From a virus (lineage: Duplodnaviria > Caudoviricetes), in the IMG/VR virus record IMGVR_UViG_3300020050_016625, positions 1 to 64,000 of that record: a stretch of DNA of 64,000 nt; one strand, given 5' to 3'. The notes under the pieces were generated by a model that did no database searches, was not told the origin of the DNA, and saw nothing but the letters and a program-made list of their open reading frames with translations. Within the stretch, counting starts at the first letter, position 1, and every line of letters begins with the position of its first letter. The translations under genes and the position numbers were made by a program. Positions 57,931 through 64,000 of the stretch are shown here, piece after piece.

Positions 57931-58766
57931 CCGCTATTGCTATTATAGAAAATAGCAAAATTGAAGTAAGTCAAAAACAATCGCTTATCGAAACCATACA
58001 ACCGTATATCGAAACTATACAGGAATGGAAAAAAAACGCATTTCTTTGTGTAGTAACAGATGTGTCGCAAACTGACTACATAGATGTCGCAAAACAAGGC
58101 TGTAAAGAAATTGTAAAAATACGTACTACCTTAGAATCGTTGCGCAAAGAGAAAAAAGCAACTGCACTCGAATATGGTAGAATTATAGATGCAATCTTCA
58201 AAACGATTACAAGCGAAATAGAACCAATTGAAACGCATTTAAAAACACAAGCTACTTTTATAGAAACCGAAAAGAAGCGTAAAGAAAAAGAAATATATGA
58301 TTTACGGATAAATCTATGTGAGCCATATAGAGATTTTTTTCCATACGGTTTTTGGGAACAAAACCAAATCGTTGTAATGGGAAATGAATATTTTGAGCTT
58401 ACCCTGCAAACCGTAAAAGAAAAATATAATGCTGCGCAAATAGAAAAAGAAAGAATTGAGAATGAAAGAATTGCAGCAGAAAATCTACGTTTGCAGGAAA
58501 TTGAGGCGCAAAAGAAAGAGTTTGAACGATTAAAGTTAGAAAATGAAAAACTGAAAAAAGAAATCGAAAAACCAAAGGCTATTGAGCTCCCACCTTTACC
58601 TGAAATAAAAGACAGTACCGAAAAAGACTATTGGTTAAAGGTTGCTGATAATTACAGGAAAATGCAATTTCAGGACTTTGGCACATCACTAAGTAAAAAG
58701 GTTATAGCTGATTTAAGTGTATTAAATGAGAAAATAGCTACACATATTGAGAAGATAATAGGATAA
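57918..58766 (+). CDS. coiled-coil phage protein (DUF1351-like)
   Basis: KIRTTLESLRKEKK..IEPIETHLK pattern. Confidence 0.6.
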   Translation: MEQITAIAIIENSKIEVSQKQSLIETIQPYIETIQEWKKNAFLCVVTDVSQTDYIDVAKQGCKEIVKIRTTLESLRKEKKATALEYGRIIDAIFKTITSEIEPIETHLKTQATFIETEKKRKEKEIYDLRINLCEPYRDFFPYGFWEQNQIVVMGNEYFELTLQTVKEKYNAAQIEKERIENERIAAENLRLQEIEAQKKEFERLKLENEKLKKEIEKPKAIELPPLPEIKDSTEKDYWLKVADNYRKMQFQDFGTSLSKKVIADLSVLNEKIATHIEKIIG

Positions 58767-58770
58767 AAAG

Positions 58771-58803
58771 AAATGCGTTATAGCTTCACAGCCGTAACGC
58801 ATT
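58771..58803. terminator. hairpin between convergent genes
   Basis: AATGCGTTATAGC-TTCACA-GCCGTAACGCATT. Confidence 0.7.
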
Positions 58804-58823
58804 GTTCTTTAAAAATACAAATA

Positions 58824-59465
58824 TCAATATTTTCTCAATAAATTAATCAATTTCTCGCAAGGGAAGCAATCAAATTTATCTTTTCTAAAATTTGTGTGCG
58901 TATAAATATTCCTACCCTTTAAAAGTCCTTTATTTAGGCTTGGGATAAAATCAAACCAATCACTATCTACACTTCCTGATTCGGGCTTAAACTTCATAGT
59001 AGTGCCTATATAGTCTATCAATTGCCCCAAAGATTCTACTTGCTTTTCTGTATATGTCTCCCAAAAATCAAAACCCCTAAACTCACATGTTTCAACTATC
59101 TTTGCATCTACTTTCTTTTTCGTAACAGGGCTAATATAATCGTTTCCTTTTTTCTCCAAATATCCTAAACTGCAAATTTCGATACTTACAGCTTGTGATT
59201 CTAATGCTATTCTATTTGGATATTCCTTTGTTTTTAAGCCTAAATGATAGCCATAATAAAGCATAGACATTGTTTGATAAATGTCTCCATTTCTATCTAT
59301 GATAAAATGTGTAGCTACCTTATCGCTATTTGATTTCCAGTATTCAATAGAACTCATTGCACTGCCACCTGCGGTGTGGTGCAAAGCAATGTATTTCTTT
59401 TCCGTTGTCTCATGTACATATTGAGAAACAGGTAGAATATTTCTAATAATTTGTATGCCTTCCAT
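58824..59465 (-). CDS. endolysin, N-acetylmuramoyl-L-alanine amidase (Amidase_2)
   Basis: IALHHTAG, THFIIDRNG, SIEI, HTNFRKDKFDC. Confidence 0.9.
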   Translation of the reverse strand: MEGIQIIRNILPVSQYVHETTEKKYIALHHTAGGSAMSSIEYWKSNSDKVATHFIIDRNGDIYQTMSMLYYGYHLGLKTKEYPNRIALESQAVSIEICSLGYLEKKGNDYISPVTKKKVDAKIVETCEFRGFDFWETYTEKQVESLGQLIDYIGTTMKFKPESGSVDSDWFDFIPSLNKGLLKGRNIYTHTNFRKDKFDCFPCEKLINLLRKY

Positions 59466-59748
59466 GTCGTCTAATTGCTAAATAGGTTATATATGTTACT
59501 ATAATGAGTAGTAAGTCAATGATTATATACGAATTTGAAGCAAATAATTTAAGCATTTCATTGCTCGGATTAAATGCCATTACAAGACTATGTAGTCCTG
59601 CTATAAAATTAACAGTACACAATGATAAATCTTTTACCAATAGTACTTTATCAATCGTATTATAATACTGCCAAAGAGAAACTATTACAACGAATGAGCT
59701 AACAAGTAATACTGTCCCTATTGTAATATTAGTAATATTTATAATCAT
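59443..59748 (-). CDS. 3-TM membrane protein (holin-like)
   Basis: three hydrophobic segments, basic tail, adjacent to the endolysin. Confidence 0.55.
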   Translation of the reverse strand: MIINITNITIGTVLLVSSFVVIVSLWQYYNTIDKVLLVKDLSLCTVNFIAGLHSLVMAFNPSNEMLKLFASNSYIIIDLLLIIVTYITYLAIRRHGRHTNY

Positions 59749-60044
59749 TATTCTTTATTTTTTAAGCCTAAAAACTTACGTAGTATTTCGGGCATATTTG
59801 AATCCACAAATGTATATACTTTTTTCGCAGATAGCGCAATTAATACAGTTACTAATATTTCATGTTGTTTAAGTAGTTCAAATTCAATCCCTATAAATTG
59901 CACTAAACATGCCATTATACCACTTGCAAGCCATTCAGAAATGGCGGTACGAGCGTTTATATCTTTCTTATCCCTAACTGAAAATAAAATACGTACAATC
60001 GGGGCAAAAAAACTTATTGCTATTAAGAAGTAATTTATATTCAT
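59748..60044 (-). CDS. holin-like membrane protein
   Basis: 2-3 TM, charged C-terminus; TATCTTTG promoter at 60068-60061. Confidence 0.6.
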   Translation of the reverse strand: MNINYFLIAISFFAPIVRILFSVRDKKDINARTAISEWLASGIMACLVQFIGIEFELLKQHEILVTVLIALSAKKVYTFVDSNMPEILRKFLGLKNKE

Positions 60045-60309
60045 GTTAGTTATTTATTCGCAAAGATATGTTACTTTTAGGCTTGTGGTTTCTACTCATT
60101 CAATGTTTTGTAATATTTTTTATAAAAACGAATAAAAACGGCTTATTTTTACTTAAATGCTTAATTATTTAGCACATATTGTGCCATTTTTTTATATATA
60201 TACTTGTAAGTAAAATAGGTAATTAGCCTTTTTATACGCAATATAATTGAAATAGCAAACAATTTATTACAAAATGAGTTATAGCTATATTACTTTTAAT
60301 CATTAATTT

Positions 60310-60489
60310 ATGAAAAAACTTATTCTTAACTGTTTGAAACTGCAAAGTGCAGGGCTTGTAACGATTCAAAATTATTTGAAACAAAACGGTTACAATGCTA
60401 CTATTAATGAGGTGCAAAGCGAGGCTAATAGCTTGGTTGCGGCAGGTAACGCAACACTTAATGCAGGGGTTTATGAATTTAATAATTAA
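60310..60489 (+). CDS. 59-aa protein missing from the ORF track (winged-helix-like)
   Basis: MKKLILNCLKLQSAGLVTIQNYLKQNGYNATINEVQSEANSLVAAGNATLNAGVYEFNN; stops 3 nt before the next ATG. Confidence 0.65.
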   Translation: MKKLILNCLKLQSAGLVTIQNYLKQNGYNATINEVQSEANSLVAAGNATLNAGVYEFNN

Positions 60490-60492
60490 ACC

Positions 60493-60921
60493 ATGAAAAT
60501 AAAAGTATTGCTTGTTAGTAGAATATCTCACCACGACATATTTTGGCAAAATCAAATACGATGTGCAGTAGATGTTAATGATAGCATTTTTCATTCAGTA
60601 GATAATAGTAATGAAAATCCTATCTTTCATTCTATTTCTGCATACGAATTAAGTCAAGAAATGAATCTACCTTTTTTGACTGAAAAGCAAATAAAGTACG
60701 TCTATCAAAATATGGCAGATAGCAATGTTTATATGAAAGATAGATTTGACTACATAATGTGCAATCTGTTTATATTTGAACCTGACAATGGTATAGAATA
60801 CAAAACGGTAAAGCAAAACATACAATCACTATATGATTTGTTTTTTGAGATGCAAGAAATTGAACAATACAAAATACTTGAAAATATTTTTAACAAAAGA
60901 TATGCTGAACAAAATAGTTGA
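60493..60921 (+). CDS. hypothetical protein
   Basis: ORF. Confidence 0.65.
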   Translation: MKIKVLLVSRISHHDIFWQNQIRCAVDVNDSIFHSVDNSNENPIFHSISAYELSQEMNLPFLTEKQIKYVYQNMADSNVYMKDRFDYIMCNLFIFEPDNGIEYKTVKQNIQSLYDLFFEMQEIEQYKILENIFNKRYAEQNS

Positions 60922-61336
60922 AACACTAAAACAATTAACCGCAACTGAAAATGTAGTAGTAGGCGGTGCAAGAAATCCAGAAATGATAGTATTTTCAGAA
61001 AGATACTACGATGGCATTTCAGATAATGACTATAATGAGAAATTACGAGAAATTGCGCAAGAAATTCTTATCGGCATTGTAGGTAATATAGATGTAACGG
61101 AAATTACAGATATATATAATGACTATACATTATGTGTAGTTTCAGGAAGTACCGTTGGAATATCAATAGAACAGATACAATATATTGTAGGATTTGATAA
61201 TTCAGAAAAAGAAGTATTTGTCAATATATTCAATTTATTGCCTGAAATTAAGAAAAAAGAGTTTGTCAAAAATATTTTAGTAGTAGGCAAAATAAAAGAG
61301 TTATTGATAGAACCTTTTACAAGCAAATCCGTATAA
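60902..61336 (+). CDS. hypothetical protein
   Basis: ATG about 60902 overlapping the upstream gene end. Confidence 0.65.
   Translation: MLNKIVETLKQLTATENVVVGGARNPEMIVFSERYYDGISDNDYNEKLREIAQEILIGIVGNIDVTEITDIYNDYTLCVVSGSTVGISIEQIQYIVGFDNSEKEVFVNIFNLLPEIKKKEFVKNILVVGKIKELLIEPFTSKSV
61311..61333 (+). promoter_or_regulatory. ECF-type promoter AAC-N16-CGTA
   Basis: AACCTTTTACAAGCAAATCCGTA. Confidence 0.65.
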
Positions 61337-61358
61337 GTACATATAACCAATAATTATT

Positions 61359-61469
61359 ATGCTAAAAATTAAACTTTTATTACCACCGTTAAAAAGAGAC
61401 ATTAATGTATGTGGAAATTGCGGAGCTACATTAGTAAAAGGACTTGTTTTCTGTCCTACATGTGGCTAA
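61359..61469 (+). CDS. 36-aa zinc-ribbon microprotein (not in ORF track)
   Basis: MLKIKLLLPPLKRDINVCGNCGATLVKGLVFCPTCG; CxxC-x10-CxxC. Confidence 0.7.
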   Translation: MLKIKLLLPPLKRDINVCGNCGATLVKGLVFCPTCG

Positions 61470-61477
61470 TCTTTAAC

Positions 61478-61506
61478 AAGTGCATGGTTTTACCTTGCAC
61501 TTTTTT
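61478..61506 (+). terminator. intrinsic terminator
   Basis: AAGTGCATGG..CCTTGCACTT plus T-run. Confidence 0.65.
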
Positions 61507-61516
61507 CTTTTATATC

Positions 61517-62023
61517 ATGGAACTAAAACAAGCGCAAGAAATTGCATATACATTATTAGACCCGCTTTCTCCTTACTGCGATAAAATCGAAATAGCAGGT
61601 TCTGTAAGGCGAAAAAAGGGTTTTGTGAAAGATATTGAGTTAGTGTGTATCCCAAAGAAAGATTCAATAAAAGATTTATTTGGCAATGAATCTGAAACAA
61701 TACATTCTTTTCATGGTATATTAAGTGAATTTACCATAAATAAGGGCAATACAAGAACTGGAAAATACATTCAATTTCAAACACAAGGGATAAATGTAGA
61801 TTTATTTACAGCAACAAAAGAAAATTTTGGATTAACACTTGCTGTAAGGACAGGCTCTGCAAACTTTTCACATACAGTTTTAGCAAAGGGCTGGGTAAGG
61901 AACGGATATACAAGCAAGGAAAATATATTGTATAAAAATGGAATTGCTCACCCTATCTATACTGAAAAAGATTTGTTTGATTTAATAGGGGTTGATTTTA
62001 TTGAACCCGAAAATAGGGCTTAG
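61517..62023 (+). CDS. minimal X-family DNA polymerase (palm plus C-terminal domain)
   Basis: IAGSVRRKK..KDIELV, VDLF, RTGSANF, TEKDLFDLIG..FIEPENR. Confidence 0.85.
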   Translation: MELKQAQEIAYTLLDPLSPYCDKIEIAGSVRRKKGFVKDIELVCIPKKDSIKDLFGNESETIHSFHGILSEFTINKGNTRTGKYIQFQTQGINVDLFTATKENFGLTLAVRTGSANFSHTVLAKGWVRNGYTSKENILYKNGIAHPIYTEKDLFDLIGVDFIEPENRA

Positions 62024-62031
62024 TATCTATA

Positions 62032-62066
62032 ACAAACACAGCTAATAATATCATTGGCTGTGTTTG
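62032..62066. terminator. hairpin between convergent genes
   Basis: ACAAACACAGC..GCTGTGTTTGT. Confidence 0.65.
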
Positions 62067-62282
62067 TTATTGTGCCTCATTAGCAGATATATCAACATAT
62101 ACGGCTGTATGCCCCCATTCGCTAATGATAGCTTTAAACGCATCGTCCCTATTTACTGCATCTTTGCAAAATACAGTAAAAGTTCTACCTATTGCAGAAA
62201 ACACAAGGTTTGAATCTCCTTGCTTTATAATTTGTATTATATTTTCGCTATTAATAATAGATTTCTTTGTTTCGATTATCAT
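62067..62282 (-). CDS. hypothetical protein
   Basis: ORF. Confidence 0.6.
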   Translation of the reverse strand: MIIETKKSIINSENIIQIIKQGDSNLVFSAIGRTFTVFCKDAVNRDDAFKAIISEWGHTAVYVDISANEAQ

Positions 62283-62296
62283 ATAATTATATTTAT

Positions 62297-62330
62297 AGTA
62301 GTAGTACCTTATCTATAAGGTACTACTACT
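62297..62330. repeat. perfect 15-bp inverted repeat
   Basis: AGTAGTAGTACCTTA-TCTA-TAAGGTACTACTACT. Confidence 0.8.
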
Positions 62331-62336
62331 TGATTG

Positions 62337-63842
62337 TTACACTACAATATTTGCTCCTGCAAATTGAGAATCTGTAATATCTAAGTCCGTAAGGATAGTT
62401 GTATTAACATAAATAGTTAGGTCAGATAAAACACAGCCTAAAAACACGCCGTCATTACCTGTTGTACTACCACATGTTGCCGCTAAATTACTAATATTTA
62501 CATTCAAAAGAGCAGAGCAATTTTTAAAAGCACTATCCCCTAAAGTAATAGCATTTGGCAAATTTGCATCAGTTAAACTCAAACAACCCTCAAATGCGTT
62601 TCGATTCACATCTAATGCAAATTGCAAGGTAATTGTTTCTAATGCCTCACAATCAGTAAAGCAATAATCACCCACTAATCCAATAGGGCTTAAATTTAAA
62701 ATGCTGAATATGTCCATGCTTGCACATAAAATACAGCCCATAAAACACTCCGTACCTGCACTATTTAATTTAGGGAATAAAAATGATGTAATTGCCTCGC
62801 AACCATAAAAACACCTATATCCTGCTAACTGTAAAGAATGTATATCAATAGTTGTTGCACTTGTACAGCCCTCAAATGTACTATTTCCACAAGATGTAGC
62901 AGATGGGAGAGTAAAGGTTGTAGCACTTGTACAGCCAGAAAACACATTATCTTGCAACGTAAGTGCGTTATTAAATTTAAATGATGTACAAGACGAGCAG
63001 TCCTTAAAGGTTGCATTAGGAATATTTGTCAATAGCGGCAAATCAAAAGAAGTAACAGATGAACAGCCCGAAAAAGAACCTTCGCCTACTTGTGTACAAT
63101 TTAAAAAACTAATCGCTATTAAATTGGTACAGTTTTGAAATGCAAAAGCACCCATTTCTGTTAGTGCTATTAAGCTGGCAGATGTAAGAGAAGCGCAACC
63201 CATAAAGCTCTCTTGCCCTAAAATAGTACACCCAGAGAATGTTACTTCTGTAACTACCGAGTTTTTGAAAGACTTATCTCCTAATGCTACTATTTTTGAA
63301 GAACTATCACTTACTTTTAGAACTTCTGTATCGTCCGAAAAAGCACTTGCATTTATTGAGATATTATTAAGTACATCAAATCGTACAGTATTTGTAACTA
63401 CTGAAAAGTTTATAATATCAGAAATACTTGATAAAGTGGAAACCCTTGTACTTATAAAATTATAAAAAGCCTGCTTAGTATTATAAGCATTGGTATTAAA
63501 CTCAATAACTATACCGCCCACAGGAATAGGTGAAAACAGAACAGCCTCAAATGTATTATTACCTACACTTACGTTTACAATTTCGCCACCATTAGGAACG
63601 CCTATACCGCTAAGCTCGTCAAACTCTCCATTATGATTTGCAATACCAATCAATGCGCTATCTGTAACGCCACCAACATCATCTACAATTTGCTTTGGAA
63701 AGAAATATGCCACCTTATTTTCAGTATCAAGTGGTAAATCTACGTTGTAGGTATTTACCATTTCATCAAAGTAAGATAATGCAAGCATTTCGCCTATATA
63801 ATAGGACGCTCGTTCTATAAATCTGTATAAGTAGTTTGCCAT
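62337..63842 (-). CDS. BspA/LRR_5-type leucine-rich repeat protein, paralogue 3
   Basis: same N-terminal domain, FxGC repeats and AGAN C-terminal cap; ATG at 63842. Confidence 0.88.
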   Translation of the reverse strand: MANYLYRFIERASYYIGEMLALSYFDEMVNTYNVDLPLDTENKVAYFFPKQIVDDVGGVTDSALIGIANHNGEFDELSGIGVPNGGEIVNVSVGNNTFEAVLFSPIPVGGIVIEFNTNAYNTKQAFYNFISTRVSTLSSISDIINFSVVTNTVRFDVLNNISINASAFSDDTEVLKVSDSSSKIVALGDKSFKNSVVTEVTFSGCTILGQESFMGCASLTSASLIALTEMGAFAFQNCTNLIAISFLNCTQVGEGSFSGCSSVTSFDLPLLTNIPNATFKDCSSCTSFKFNNALTLQDNVFSGCTSATTFTLPSATSCGNSTFEGCTSATTIDIHSLQLAGYRCFYGCEAITSFLFPKLNSAGTECFMGCILCASMDIFSILNLSPIGLVGDYCFTDCEALETITLQFALDVNRNAFEGCLSLTDANLPNAITLGDSAFKNCSALLNVNISNLAATCGSTTGNDGVFLGCVLSDLTIYVNTTILTDLDITDSQFAGANIVV

Positions 63843-64000
63843 ATATACGATATTTTTCTGCAAAGTTATACCTTATATATGTAAGTCGCTATATTAGCTA
63901 TTTTTAGGCTGTATTTCGCTATCTGTAATACAATGCGATTCTTTTATATCACTTTCTAAAATAGTGTATAAATCGGTTAAATCTGCTAATAATGAAATAG

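Noticed and set aside
52128-63842. Diversity-generating retroelement acting on the LRR genes
   Set aside because: No reverse transcriptase and no near-identical TR/VR pair differing at adenines was seen.
1-64000. tRNA, rRNA, integrase, terminase, portal, capsid or sigma factor genes
   Set aside because: None recognised by eye in this window; a highly diverged example among the hypothetical proteins cannot be excluded.

Overview
An AT-rich 64 kb segment of a large tailed dsDNA phage (siphovirus-type tail) that very probably infects a Bacteroidota host. Host evidence: many TAnnTTTG -7 promoter boxes, a Flavobacteria-type DnaG zinc-finger region, a DUF3127 SSB, and signal peptides followed by Gln. 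It carries recombination genes (RecT-like, YqaJ, SF2 helicase, VRR-NUC), replication genes (initiator, DnaB-like, DnaG, beta clamp, SSB, ThyA, mini-PolX), a split tail module (completion/terminator, major tail, G/GT chaperone with -1 frameshift, tape measure, tail tip), a lysis module, three paralogous BspA-type LRR proteins and many small genes. I found no capsid, portal, terminase, integrase or sigma factor gene. The most striking non-annotated structure is at 1-1580: three attC-like hairpins delimit single-gene cassettes whose ends are complementary in the way integron cassettes are. The cargo is a DNA methyltransferase and a tandem Acb2/Tad1-like protein, suggesting a phage-borne integron-like anti-defence array that runs off the left edge. 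Other notable layers: at least 13 ECF-sigma-type promoters (AAC-N16/17-CGT), a 5-copy palindromic operator linked to an XRE-like gene, a C4/CI-like structured RNA before the replication operon, a candidate array of anti-AUG small RNAs, and an internally deleted IS607. All calls come from reading motifs by eye; no searches were run.
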